Made by a program: the position numbers and the translations under genes. Shown here one piece after another: positions 23,223-33,890 of a DNA stretch of 64,000 bases. The DNA is from a bacterium (lineage in GTDB: Bacteria; UBA8248): assembly GCA_965213625.1 (NCBI GenBank), contig CBDBZU010000004.1, positions 1,568,001-1,632,000 on the forward strand. The letters are read 5' to 3'. The notes under the pieces are model-generated. The model saw nothing but the letters and a program-made list of their open reading frames with translations. It searched no databases and had not been told where the DNA came from. Within the stretch, counting starts at the first letter, position 1. Each line of letters begins with the position of its first letter.

Positions 23223-25328
23223 TCAGGTTGTCTTAATCCGAACGTCCACGGCGATGCAGCCCTCCGCCGTGGCGATGAGCGGGTTGATGTCCATCTCGGC
23301 GATATCGTGTCTTAACTCCAGCGCCAGTCTCGAAATTTTGGCCATTATATCGGATATGTGCGGAATTTGAACTTTAGGCCCGCCCCGGAAACCATCGAAG
23401 ATGGCGCGCGAGCGAAGGCCTGTGAGCGCGCTTTCGGCATCTTTTGCGTGGAATGGAGGCAGAAGCCGGGCCACGTCGTTCAAGGCTTCCACGTACACGC
23501 CGCCCAGCCCCGCCGTCACGCACGGGCCGAACGTCTCATCCCGCGATATGCCGACCAGAAGCTCCAGGCCGCCCTCAACCATCTCCTGCACCAGAAGGCG
23601 GGCATCGTCCGCGAGTGAGAGCAGCCGCTCGGCGCAGGCCCGGACTTCCTGGGCTGTATTGAGATTCAAAATCACGCCGCCCGCCTCCGTCTTGTGTGCG
23701 AGGTTCTCCGATACGACTTTGAGCGCGACGGGGGTTTGATACGCCTCCCACGCCTTGCGTGCTTCTTCCGCCGTATCGACCAGAATTTCCCGTGGCCTCG
23801 GAATACCGTAGAGGTCCATGATTTCGGCGCAGGTTTCAGGCGGCAGAAATCCATCGGCGGATGGGGGAGAACGCCTGATGCTTCGCCTGGCCGTCTCCTT
23901 CCGTGTACGGTTTTTCGAGAGGGGCTGGGACGAGGCGGCCTCGCGCGCGTTATTAAGCGACAGTAGGGAATCCAGTCCGCGAATCGCGCGTGAATAATCG
24001 CCAAAAACGGGAACGGAGGCTTTTCTAAGCGCTTCTATCTGCTCTCTCGGACCGGTGAGCCATGCGAAGGCGACGGGCACGGGTGAGGATTCGAACAGCG
24101 CCTTCACCTCCGCCGTTATCTGTTCTCCCACGTGGTGGTAGACGCCCATGAGGAAGAGCAGCGCGTCCACGTGCTCGTCTCCCGCCACCGCTTCTCCCAC
24201 CGTCTTGAGCGGCTGACTCTCCGGTTGGCTGACCATCAGGGATACGAGGTCCACCGGATTGTCCTTGGGCGCGTAGTCGGGCAGGACGCCTGCGAGTTTT
24301 TCCTGTGCTTCCCCTGAGAGGATGGGGAGTGTAAGGCCCGCTTCGGTGCTTAAGTCCGCCGCGAGCGAACCCAGCCCGCCCGAGAAGCTCAAAATCCCCA
24401 CACCGTTTCCTTCGATTGGTCTGCTGCGCGCGAGGAAATCCGCAATCTCGATGAACTCGTCCATGGAGTCCAGCACCTGAATCCCGTATTGCGCGGCGAA
24501 GGCGTCGAAGACATCACTCGAAGTCGTGATGGCGGCGGTGTGGCTGCGCGCGGCGCGCGCGCCCTCTTCAGTCTTGCCGCCCTTGAGCAGGACGATGGGT
24601 TTCCCAAGCTCGAGTGCGCGCCGGGCGACTTTTTTAAGCCGCTTGCCGTTGCGCACCGATTCCAGATACCCGCAGATGACGCGCGTGTGCGGGTCGTCGA
24701 GGAAGTAATCCACGCATTCCGCGAAATCCACGTCCACCTCGTTGCCGAGGCTCACGAGGCTGCTGATGCCCGAGCCGCTCTCCTGAAAGCCCGTGAGCAT
24801 GCACGCCCCCATCGCCCCGCTCTGGGTGACGATGGCCACTGCCCCTGGGATGAGCGGGTCCTCATCGCGGATGGATATCGTAAAAGTGGCCATGAGCTTT
24901 GAGCGCACGTGCACCACGCCCATGCAGTTGGGGCCTAAGACGCGCATGCCGGAAGCGTCGCGGAGTTCCAGGATTTTCTCCTGTAGCGCCACGCCTTCAG
25001 GGCCAGTTTCCGCGAAGCCGGACGTAATGACGGCTGCGGCCTTTACGCCGCTTTCCGCGCACTGGGTGAGGGCGGGGAGCACGTCTTCTCTCGGGGTGCA
25101 GATGAGAGCGAATTCTGGCGCCTCGGGCAGGGAGGCGACGTCCGGGTAGCACTTAAGCCCCGCTATCACGTCCCGCCTCGGGTTGATGGGGTAGATGGGG
25201 CCGGGAAAGCCGTATTTCATCGTGAGGCGCAGGGGAATGCCGCCCAGGCGGTTCAGGTCGGAAGCCGCGCCCACTACAGCGAAAGAATTCGGGTGAAACA
25301 GGCTCGTCAGGGATTCGCGCGCGCTCAT
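23223..25328 (-). CDS. ADP-forming acyl-CoA synthetase family (CoA-binding plus ATP-grasp fusion)
   Basis: AVVGA, GPNCMG, TQSGA, LGNEVD, RSHT, HKTEAGGV, EMDINPL. Confidence 0.9.
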   Translation of the reverse strand: MSARESLTSLFHPNSFAVVGAASDLNRLGGIPLRLTMKYGFPGPIYPINPRRDVIAGLKCYPDVASLPEAPEFALICTPREDVLPALTQCAESGVKAAAVITSGFAETGPEGVALQEKILELRDASGMRVLGPNCMGVVHVRSKLMATFTISIRDEDPLIPGAVAIVTQSGAMGACMLTGFQESGSGISSLVSLGNEVDVDFAECVDYFLDDPHTRVICGYLESVRNGKRLKKVARRALELGKPIVLLKGGKTEEGARAARSHTAAITTSSDVFDAFAAQYGIQVLDSMDEFIEIADFLARSRPIEGNGVGILSFSGGLGSLAADLSTEAGLTLPILSGEAQEKLAGVLPDYAPKDNPVDLVSLMVSQPESQPLKTVGEAVAGDEHVDALLFLMGVYHHVGEQITAEVKALFESSPVPVAFAWLTGPREQIEALRKASVPVFGDYSRAIRGLDSLLSLNNAREAASSQPLSKNRTRKETARRSIRRSPPSADGFLPPETCAEIMDLYGIPRPREILVDTAEEARKAWEAYQTPVALKVVSENLAHKTEAGGVILNLNTAQEVRACAERLLSLADDARLLVQEMVEGGLELLVGISRDETFGPCVTAGLGGVYVEALNDVARLLPPFHAKDAESALTGLRSRAIFDGFRGGPKVQIPHISDIMAKISRLALELRHDIAEMDINPLIATAEGCIAVDVRIKTT

Positions 25329-25339
25329 GGGGTGGGGTG

Positions 25340-25777
25340 CTAGTCGAGGCTGCCGGCGGCGGCGCCAATGGTGACGGCTGCGCCGTCCTGGTTTACAAGC
25401 GAAATGTCGAAGAGATAGCGCGTCGCGCCGTCCTCAGGCGTTTTCTCCCTGAGCACAGCCTTCAGCGTCAGAATGTCGCCCGGGAAGATGGGTTTCACGA
25501 AAGAAACGTCCACCTCACCACGCGTGATGAAGCCCATCCCCAGGTGGTCGACCATGAGTTCGGTGATGAACGACACCGGGTGGCGGCCTGTCGCCACCGC
25601 GCGGGGGAGACCCGCCTTTCTGGCCACCTCATCGTCCGTGTGGATGTTCTTCGTATCCACGCCGCCGGTGACGTAGCGGTTGAATTTCAGGATGTCCTCC
25701 CAATCCACCTTGTGCGTTCGCTCGGGTAGTTCATCCCCAATATTCATATTGTCGAGTTCTGCTGGCTTATTAATCAT
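25340..25777 (-). CDS. MaoC family dehydratase
   Basis: NIHTDDEVARKAGLPRAVATG, FVKPIFPGD. Confidence 0.82.
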   Translation of the reverse strand: MINKPAELDNMNIGDELPERTHKVDWEDILKFNRYVTGGVDTKNIHTDDEVARKAGLPRAVATGRHPVSFITELMVDHLGMGFITRGEVDVSFVKPIFPGDILTLKAVLREKTPEDGATRYLFDISLVNQDGAAVTIGAAAGSLD

Positions 25778-26213
25778 CTTCTCCGTGCTTTCTCGTAAGG
25801 CTCAATACGGATGTGTGCGAGGAGGTGAGTAGCAACTCTCCCGCCTCGTTCGTGACGGCGAGTTCGCTCACGATCCAGCCCTTCTCGCGCTTCACGTACA
25901 GGTCTTTCACCGTGACTTTCTGGTGCACCGTCTCGCCGACCGGCACGGGCCTGTGGAAGCGGTAGCCGAGCTTGGCGTGGATTGTGCCGAAGCGCTTGTA
26001 GTTCTCATCATAAATGGCGAGCAGGTCGTTGATGAAGATCAACGGCGGCGCGATGGGACCGCCCGCGGGGGAATCGCCGGCATACCACTCCCGCTTTGCG
26101 CCCACGGCGTCGCAGTGCGCGTCCACCATCTCTTGCGTCACAGAGACGCTGCGCTCGCCGATTGTCATGCCGACTTCCAAGTTCTCCCAGACGAAATCGG
26201 GTTTCTCGTTCAT
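25770..26213 (-). CDS. MaoC-like hotdog protein, partner subunit type
   Basis: IAPP...IHAKLGYRFHRPVPVGE; overlaps the downstream MaoC gene. Confidence 0.78.
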   Translation of the reverse strand: MNEKPDFVWENLEVGMTIGERSVSVTQEMVDAHCDAVGAKREWYAGDSPAGGPIAPPLIFINDLLAIYDENYKRFGTIHAKLGYRFHRPVPVGETVHQKVTVKDLYVKREKGWIVSELAVTNEAGELLLTSSHTSVLSLTRKHGEDD

Positions 26214-26356
26214 TCGCGATACTCCATGCGCTGATGGGGGAGTGGATTCACTCGGTGCGTTTTTCGCCGTTTTCGGGCCTAGTATTAACCCGAACGGGTC
26301 CCGAAAAACAAGGGCGGTGGGAAGATATCTCTACTGCGTCGTCTTGCAAATCGGCT

Positions 26357-27022
26357 TCAGTTGTCGCCCTCTTTCGGCCCCGGGAAAGTTTCGGGCCAAT
26401 CCGCCGCCACCTCTTCGAGGTAGGTCTTCAAGTTCTCCGGGTCCTGCCTGCGCCCGATGGTGATGCCCGATATCGTTTTCGGTTCATCGAGCGGAATGCG
26501 CAGGGCGTCCTGGAAGCGGTTTCTCATGTTGAAATAGGTGATGACCATCGTGAGTTCGACGAATTCTTGGTCGTCGAAGTGGCGCCGCACCTCCTCGAAC
26601 ACGTCGTCGCGCGTCTTGGCGGTGTTCTTCGTCACATGCTCCGCCCACAGTACGGCGGCCTTCTCGCGTGCGTTCATCGTTTCGGAGTCCATATAGGCGT
26701 CCGAGCAGATTTCCTGCACCTGCACCTCGGTGACTCCGGCGTCTCGACCGAGCGCCGTATTGTGCCCGAGTCAGTAGTCGCACCCGTTCAGGTGGCTCGT
26801 CTTGATGACTGCGATTTCCTTGATCTTGGTGGGCAGCACCGTGCCCAGCCCCTCGCGCATGAGGGTGACGGTGAGCGGCAGGATGACTTTGGCGACGTAG
26901 GGCTGGTAGGCCATGACGGCGAAGGAATTCGCCACGCGGCCAAGCATCTTCGTCACGCCTGTGAATAGTTTCGCGGCCTCGCCTTCGGCTTCCTCGACAG
27001 GGATCGGTTTCATATAACTCAT
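26357..27022 (-). CDS. AhpD/CMD-family peroxidase-like selenoprotein (CxxU, in-frame TGA at 26773-26771)
   Basis: ORFs 26771..27022 and 26357..26725 share one frame, joined as SHLNGCDY-TGA-LGHNTALG; homologs have CxxC here; SECIS-like hairpin follows. Confidence 0.85.
26726..26770 (-). promoter_or_regulatory. Putative bacterial SECIS element
   Basis: After UGA: CUCGG..CGGCGCUC-GGUC-GAGACGCCG..CCGAG; the G-starting apical loop begins 21 nt after the UGA. Confidence 0.75.
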
Positions 27023-27038
27023 TCTTGCGCCCCCTTGC

Positions 27039-27776
27039 TCATTCTACGGGCGGCCAGATGCGCTTGCCGCGCGTCGGCGAGCCGGGCGTGTGGAGCAGGC
27101 GCTGGCATACGTGGTACGACCAGTCGTTCTCGCCCGGGAAGAGTTTGTCTGCGCGCGGGAAGTGCTCGAGGACTTTTTCCAACGAAACAAACTCATAAAA
27201 AATGCTGTGCTTCGCCCACCCCGCCACGGAGACCAGCTTGCGCGTTCCCACGCAGCCGCGCATGTACTTCATCGCGGGTAGGCGGTCCTGCGCGTACCAG
27301 GAACTCAGGTCGAAATCATCCTCGGGCGTAAAGCAGTTGAACGTGCCCATCTGTACTATCGGCGCGGGCACGCCGCCCAGGGCGCGGGTGTCGGCGGCGG
27401 GGCCGTTCACCCGGTCGACTTCGGTGAAGATGCCCGTGCGCTCGCCGATTCTTTTCGAGATCATCGCCTTCGTCCCATCGGAATAGGTTTCTGCAAGCTG
27501 CGCAGGGTTGGGACTCAGGAACACCTCCGCGCTCGATCCTCCGAATAAGAGCAAAAACTCGGTGCCATTCGGGATCGAGGGGTCGTCAGTGTAGGCCAGG
27601 TGTTCTTTTTTCTTGGATTTGGGCGATTCCCTGTCCACGAGCTCATAGTGCGCCGCCCACATGTAGCCGGGGCGTTTGAGCGCGTCCTTGATGTGGGTGT
27701 GGTGCAGCCAGTCGTTGTATTCGGCCTCGTCTTCTTTCGGCAGATCGTACCAGGTCGCCCAGATGCTTCGGTCCAT
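27039..27776 (-). CDS. Hypothetical protein with two EthD/Dabb-like repeats
   Basis: Repeated EYNDWLHHTHI...PG and DLSSWYAQDRLP...RG pattern. Confidence 0.65.
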   Translation of the reverse strand: MDRSIWATWYDLPKEDEAEYNDWLHHTHIKDALKRPGYMWAAHYELVDRESPKSKKKEHLAYTDDPSIPNGTEFLLLFGGSSAEVFLSPNPAQLAETYSDGTKAMISKRIGERTGIFTEVDRVNGPAADTRALGGVPAPIVQMGTFNCFTPEDDFDLSSWYAQDRLPAMKYMRGCVGTRKLVSVAGWAKHSIFYEFVSLEKVLEHFPRADKLFPGENDWSYHVCQRLLHTPGSPTRGKRIWPPVE

Positions 27777-27811
27777 GTGTTGTGTCCCCCAGGGGTATCG
27801 AAAAATAAGGT

Positions 27812-28195
27812 TTAAGCCTTCCGCTCCTCAAGTACGGCGCGAAGGCATTTAATGCCCATCATCAGCGAGGGGCCGCCGGCGGGAAAAATGAGGCATTGCA
27901 CGGCCTCGAATATCTCATCCTCGGTGGCTCCTAAGTCCAGCGCACGGTGGATGTGGTTTTTGACGTAAGTCTCCACTTCCGTGCCCGGCAGGCGCACGCA
28001 AAGGGCGGTGATGATGATGAGTTCCCGCATCTTCTCAGACAGCGCGCCCTCGCGCTTGATGACGTGGTTATAGAGCGCGCTTTGGCGCACGTGGTATTCG
28101 GGGTCTTTGTTGATGTAGAACTCCTGCTCGGGAAGCACCCAGCCGCGGTCGGCGACGGTCTTCTCTATCAGGGCCTTCTTCTCGGCTTCGTCCAT
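27812..28195 (-). CDS. Carboxymuconolactone decarboxylase (CMD) family protein, no CxxC
   Basis: GALSEKMRELI...HIHRALDLGATEDEIFEA...AGGP; ATG 28195 after GGAG. Confidence 0.82.
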   Translation of the reverse strand: MDEAEKKALIEKTVADRGWVLPEQEFYINKDPEYHVRQSALYNHVIKREGALSEKMRELIIITALCVRLPGTEVETYVKNHIHRALDLGATEDEIFEAVQCLIFPAGGPSLMMGIKCLRAVLEERKA

Positions 28196-28367
28196 CTTTG
28201 GTCTCCATCGTGGTGATGCGGGAGCAGGCCTGTCATAAGGCGCGCGTGCCGGCCCACATCCGGGGGCGACCGCCATGCCCGCAAAAACGCCCGGCTTCAT
28301 ATGCTATCGACCGGGCGTTCCTGTGAGAAATATTATGAAACCCGAAAAGATTCGGGGTGGTTTGTAG

Positions 28368-28440
<73 letters not shown>

Positions 28441-28620
28441 AAGAGAAAAGAGATTTACGACGCGTCGGCTCGTAAGTCAAGCCGTCCGCTGGAACCGCGG
28501 GCGGAGAAAGGCGGAATTCGGCACTCGCGCCGCCGCCTGCTTGACGAAGGCGGGGGCGGTGTGTTCAATACCTCCCTCATGGGGAACGCGGAACCTCACC
28601 AGGGTTGCATGCTCCTTTCA

Positions 28621-28697
28621 GCCGACGTAGCTCAGACAGGTAGAGCAGCTGATTCGTAATCAGCAGGTCACCGGTTCAAGTCCGGTCGTCGGCTCCA
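28621..28697 (+). tRNA. tRNA-Thr(CGU)
   Basis: GCCGACGTAGCTCAG...CTGATTCGTAATCAG...GGTTCAAGTCC...GGCTCCA. Confidence 0.95.
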
Positions 28698-28735
28698 TCA
28701 AAAATCTTTTCCGGTTACTCCATCCGAGGTGTTTC

Positions 28736-29635
28736 ATGGCGAAGCGAAATAGCGTGGGCGTTATCGGCCTGGGCCGCATGGGGAACCCCGTGGCGCAGCG
28801 GTTCATCGGGGCGAAGATGCCCTTGATGCTCTGGGACGTTTCAGACGATAGGCGGAAGCCGTTCGAGGAAACAGAGGGCGTCACTATCGCCACGCCGCGT
28901 GAAATAGGGGAGTCCTGCGCTGTCGTCTTCTTCGTCGTTCCCTCATCGGAGGAGATAGCGGCATGCTTCAAGGGAATAGACGGACTGCTCAAAAACCCGA
29001 GGAAAGGCCTCGTCGTCTATGACCTCACGACGTCGGACCCGGCGAAGACAAAGCGTCTCGCGAAGCGCGCCGAGCGCGCAGGGCTGGGCTATCTCGACGC
29101 CGGCATGAGCGGCGGGCCCGGTAACATTCTGGAGGGCAAGCTCACGCTCATGATCGGAGGAGACGAGAAACTCTTAAAGCGCACGAGGCGATACCTCGAA
29201 CCATTCGTGGATCACACCTTCCATCTGGGCGCGCTGGGTTCGGGCCACACCATGAAGCTCATCCACAACATGGTGCTCCACACGACGTTCCTGGCGACTT
29301 GCGAGGGCGCGCGCCTCGTTGAGCGTCTCGGGATGCGCGTCGAGGACATGATCGACATCTTCAACGCATCGACGGCCTACAGCTACGCGACCCGGCATCG
29401 TTTTCCGAACAACATCCTCTCTGGTACGTGGAACGGGCAGGCGCGCATCTACAACCTGCAAAAAGACGTCGGCCTCGCCGTCGGGATCGGGCGAGAACGC
29501 GGCGCGGACATCGAGCTCGCCGAGCATACGCTCTCGTTTTTGAGAAAGGCCGTAGATCGCGGGATGATCGAGGAGGACCTGACGCTTCTCTACCGCGATT
29601 TCGACCAGATACAGAAGATGGACGCGCCCGAATAG
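28736..29635 (+). CDS. NAD(P)-dependent beta-hydroxyacid dehydrogenase family
   Basis: GVIGLGRMG, DLTTS, LDAGMSGG, GSGHTMKLIHN. Confidence 0.9.
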   Translation: MAKRNSVGVIGLGRMGNPVAQRFIGAKMPLMLWDVSDDRRKPFEETEGVTIATPREIGESCAVVFFVVPSSEEIAACFKGIDGLLKNPRKGLVVYDLTTSDPAKTKRLAKRAERAGLGYLDAGMSGGPGNILEGKLTLMIGGDEKLLKRTRRYLEPFVDHTFHLGALGSGHTMKLIHNMVLHTTFLATCEGARLVERLGMRVEDMIDIFNASTAYSYATRHRFPNNILSGTWNGQARIYNLQKDVGLAVGIGRERGADIELAEHTLSFLRKAVDRGMIEEDLTLLYRDFDQIQKMDAPE

Positions 29636-29889
29636 GCCAAACTCGAGTGGATGCCGCTCAGGATGAGATTTGACGGGGGCCAATCCCTGAAAGTAGAATA
29701 CGCGCGCTTGTGAACCAGGGCAAAAATCTTTAAGTTTGCGCAAAATTGTAAAGTATTCCGGCAAGGTCTCGTTCGTCGCCGTTCATGCGAGCAGGCCTGA
29801 TTTTGGTAATTTTTCGGGGTCGCGGCCCCGGTAGTTTGGTTTTGACCACCTGAATCGGAACATTCTATTCCCATCAAGGAGAAAACGAA

Positions 29890-30477
<588 letters not shown>

Positions 30478-30489
30478 GGGAGCGATATC

Positions 30490-30954
30490 ATGGCTTTGAG
30501 CGTAGGTGATGCAGCACCCGATTTTGAACTGCCGAGAACCCTCGCCGAGGGCGATACGGTCAAGCTGAGCGATTTTCGCGGAAAGAGAAACGTTCTGCTT
30601 TGCTTCTACCCGTTTGATTTCTCCTCCGTGTGCAGCGAGCAGTTGCCCGCCTATCAGGCGGAGAAGGCGAAGTTCGATGCCGCCGACTGTGAGGTCATCG
30701 GCATTAGCGTGGACAGCCCGTTCGCACACGCCGCCTGGGCCGAGAAATACGGCATCGAGTTCCCGCTGCTGAGTGATTTTTTCGGCAAGGGAACGTGTGC
30801 GGCCTACGGTTTTCTGAACGACAAGGGGTTCAGCAACCGCGCGGTGGTTCTCGTCAACAAGGACGGGAACGTCGCATACATGGAAGTGACGGCCGCTCCG
30901 CCCGAAAAGCCCGACGACGATAAGCTCTTCGCGGCGGTCGAGGGTCTGGGCTAG
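30490..30954 (+). CDS. Peroxiredoxin (AhpE/BCP-like)
   Basis: [27 protein letters not shown]. Confidence 0.9.
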   Translation: MALSVGDAAPDFELPRTLAEGDTVKLSDFRGKRNVLLCFYPFDFSSVCSEQLPAYQAEKAKFDAADCEVIGISVDSPFAHAAWAEKYGIEFPLLSDFFGKGTCAAYGFLNDKGFSNRAVVLVNKDGNVAYMEVTAAPPEKPDDDKLFAAVEGLG

Positions 30955-30978
30955 GCCTGTTTTGGAGTTCGTGTATCT

Positions 30979-31014
30979 GGGCGCGGGGTGGACATGCCCC
31001 GCGCCCGTTTTTTT
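30979..31014 (+). terminator. Rho-independent terminator after sod-prx
   Basis: GGGCGCGGGG/CCCCGCGCCC stem followed by T7. Confidence 0.8.
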
Positions 31015-31056
31015 GCGTCTCGCATACTGCGGGCGTCCGCCTGGGGGAGTAGGGAA

Positions 31057-31947
31057 GTGGTGAACGGGTTGTCAGCCGTCATCGATGGCATCGTCTCAGA
31101 TCCAGTGAGCGTATCCATCGAGCTTTACCCGCCCAAGGGGCGTAAGGCGGTGGAGCGCACCCTGCGTGAGGTGGCGGCCATACATGACGCGATGGACGTC
31201 GCCTTCACTTCGGTGACCTACGGGGCGGGCGGCTCCACGCAGGAGGGCACACTCGAACTCGTTCTGGAGTTGGCCCACCGCTATCCGAACCGCGTGGTCG
31301 CACACCTCACCTGCGTGGGCGCGAACGAGGCGGAAATCTCGCGCCTGATGGAGGTGTACCAGGATAACCGGGTGCGCGACATTCTCGCGCTTCGTGGAGA
31401 CATCCCCGAGGGCATGACGCGTGAAGAGGCCGTGGCCGGCGGATTCCGCTACGCCGCGGATCTCGTGCGCTGGCTCTGTAATTTCGACGGACTCCACTCC
31501 ATCGGCGTGGCGTGTTATCCCGAGGGCCACCCCGAAACGCCCGATAAAGCCAAAGATATGGATCACTTCGTCCGCAAGGTCGATGAAGGGGCCAACTACG
31601 CGGTTTCGCAGTTTTTCTTTGAAGCGCACGTCTGGGAGCGGTTCAGGGAGCAGATGGCGATGCGGAGCGTGGGGATTCCCCTGTCGCCCGGCATTCTGCC
31701 CGTGCGCGACCTGGGCCAGGTACAGCGTTTCGCGAAAAAATGTGGGGCGAACGTACCGAGAAGCGTCGTCGATGCGTTGGCTCCCTACGAGAATGACCCC
31801 GAGGCCTTTCAGGAAAGCGCGGCCGACCTGGCGGCGTTCCAGATTTGGGAGTTGATGGAACTGGGCGTCAGTCATTTCCACGTCTACGCGCTCAACCGCT
31901 CGGACATCGTCCTGCGTATCGCGGACAGGCTGGGCTGGCGCAGGTAG
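31057..31947 (+). CDS. metF: 5,10-methylenetetrahydrofolate reductase
   Basis: SIELYPPK, SVTYGAGGS, AHLTCV, LALRGD, YPEGHPE, SQFFF, HVYALNR. Start position approximate. Confidence 0.92.
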   Translation: MVNGLSAVIDGIVSDPVSVSIELYPPKGRKAVERTLREVAAIHDAMDVAFTSVTYGAGGSTQEGTLELVLELAHRYPNRVVAHLTCVGANEAEISRLMEVYQDNRVRDILALRGDIPEGMTREEAVAGGFRYAADLVRWLCNFDGLHSIGVACYPEGHPETPDKAKDMDHFVRKVDEGANYAVSQFFFEAHVWERFREQMAMRSVGIPLSPGILPVRDLGQVQRFAKKCGANVPRSVVDALAPYENDPEAFQESAADLAAFQIWELMELGVSHFHVYALNRSDIVLRIADRLGWRR

Positions 31948-32183
31948 GTTTTGGCGCGGGGACGCGACCATCCACCCTCGTTTTATCGAAAAAACATAGA
32001 ATCGCCACCTGTTTGTAACACCTCCCGAAGATATTTTCTCTATATTCCATCCCGTAGCGAGACATGAGAGTCAGTGCAAAATCTGGCATCCGAATGGAAG
32101 GTTTGCTCCAGCACTTTGGAAGGCGTCTTCTTGAGCCTTGGGAGATGCTAATCTTTACTTGTAATCCATAGGAGACGGATGGG

Positions 32184-33188
32184 ATGGGCTCGATGAAAAA
32201 TACCGCTTCAATCTTGAAGAGATGCCTTAGCGCGTTACTCGGCGCGACGACGCTGCTCGCGCTGACAGCAGGCGCCGCCTCGGCCGATAAACCCTTCACG
32301 TTCGTGGCGCTCGGCGACATGCCATACGGCAAGCCCGCGAAGGTTTATGCACCCTTCAAGACGTTGATCGGTCAGGTGAACACCCTGAAACCCGCATTCA
32401 CCATACACATCGGAGACACGAAGTCAGGCTCCACCCCGTGCTCGGACAAGATGCTGCTGGACCAACTCAATTTCATGAACACCTTCGACGCCCCGCTCGT
32501 CTATACGCCCGGCGACAACGAATGGACCGACTGTCACCGTAAAAAGGCCGGCCGCTTCGATCCGATTGAAAGGCTCGCCTTCCTGCGCAAGCACTACTTC
32601 TCTCACAGCCCGCGCTCGCTCGGTAAGGTTCCCATGAAGATCGAACGCCAGTCGGACCTGATGAAGAAATATGCCGCATATCCCGAGAACGCGCGTTTTG
32701 TGAAAGAGGGCGTCCATTTCGTGGCGGCGCACGTCGTGGGTTCAAACAACAACTTCGAGGTGCGCGACAGGCGCGCCATCGCGGAGTTCTTCGCACGTGA
32801 TAAGGCGAATGTCGCCTGGCTGAACGCGGGATTCGATAAGGCCGTCGCCGCAAAGGCCAAGGCGCTCGTGCTCGCGATTCACGCCAATATCTTCAAGCCC
32901 GGCTTTTTCTCCAAGAAAAAAGAGGCGTTCTCGGGCGCGTCGGGCTTTAAGCGGTTCGGCGATGCGCTGCTCAAAAATGCCGCCGCGTTCAAAAAGCCGG
33001 TTCTGCTGATCTATGGCGACAGCCACAAGTACCAGATTACGCGCCCGCTCTCGAAAAAAGCGCCGAACGTGCTTGCACTTCAGGTCTTCGGCGCCAAGCA
33101 GATGCACGCCGTGAAGGTGATGGTGGATACGAACAAGCCTGCGGTTTTCGCCATCCGGCCCATCAAGATCAAGGCGCTGGCGAATTAG
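32184..33188 (+). CDS. Exported calcineurin-like metallophosphoesterase
   Basis: Signal peptide; GDMPY, HIGDTKSG, PGDNEWTDCH, GDSH. Confidence 0.8.
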   Translation: MGSMKNTASILKRCLSALLGATTLLALTAGAASADKPFTFVALGDMPYGKPAKVYAPFKTLIGQVNTLKPAFTIHIGDTKSGSTPCSDKMLLDQLNFMNTFDAPLVYTPGDNEWTDCHRKKAGRFDPIERLAFLRKHYFSHSPRSLGKVPMKIERQSDLMKKYAAYPENARFVKEGVHFVAAHVVGSNNNFEVRDRRAIAEFFARDKANVAWLNAGFDKAVAAKAKALVLAIHANIFKPGFFSKKKEAFSGASGFKRFGDALLKNAAAFKKPVLLIYGDSHKYQITRPLSKKAPNVLALQVFGAKQMHAVKVMVDTNKPAVFAIRPIKIKALAN

Positions 33189-33238
33189 GTAGTTGCCATT
33201 ATTGCAGGCTATGCTCAGCGCGAGAAGCGATAAAAATG

Positions 33239-33275
33239 AACAAACCCGGCAAAGACGCGCTTTGCCGGGTTTGTT
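33239..33275. terminator. Hairpin, probable bidirectional terminator
   Basis: AACAAACCCGGCAAAG / CTTTGCCGGGTTTGTT perfect 16-bp inverted repeat between convergent genes. Confidence 0.75.
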
Positions 33276-33464
33276 GTTTGATAACTATCCTGATTGGGTG
33301 GTCGAATTATCGGAAGCAACAACAAAGTCGGGAAGATTTTCGCCTCCCTTGGCGGTTCTCACATAATTTTTAGGTTCAGGCGTTTGCCCTCGATTGGTTA
33401 TGATACGGGTTCAAGGCTACCATTAGACGCGCTGTATTTTGGAGAAGATTTCTTGGTATGTACC

Positions 33465-33728
33465 TTATTCCCATTCCTTGTTTTCTCTCAATGCTTCGAC
33501 TTTCGCCTCCAGGCTCACCATACGCCCATCGAGAAGTTCGAAGCCATCTCTCATCTCCGAATCGAGTTTGTCGAACCGTTGATCCATCCCTTCGAACCGT
33601 TGGTCTATCTCCTCGAACCGCTGGTCTGTTTCTTTCCTGAAGACGGCGAGTTCGTTCCTTACTTCCAAAATGGCTTTGGTTGTCTTTTCGTCTAGATTGG
33701 CGATAGCGGTGAGAATTTCCTGGCTCAT
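33465..33728 (-). CDS. Small coiled-coil protein with DQRF heptad repeats
   Basis: TDQRFEEIDQRFEGMDQRFDKLD; GGAG upstream. Confidence 0.7.
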   Translation of the reverse strand: MSQEILTAIANLDEKTTKAILEVRNELAVFRKETDQRFEEIDQRFEGMDQRFDKLDSEMRDGFELLDGRMVSLEAKVEALRENKEWE

Positions 33729-33890
33729 GTTGACACTCCGTTCGTATTACATTCGCTCTCAGCAAACAATATATGGAAATGGCGTCAGTGTCAACTATAT
33801 TATTCGTTCGTTCAAATATAAATGCTTTGCTCGCCTCGGAGGCGCAGTTGTGTGATGGGATTTTGGTGGGGTGGTCAGCTTACGCGCTGC

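Noticed and set aside
26771-26773. Nonsense mutation or pseudogene
   Set aside because: The TGA falls exactly on the redox Cys position and is followed by a SECIS-like hairpin.
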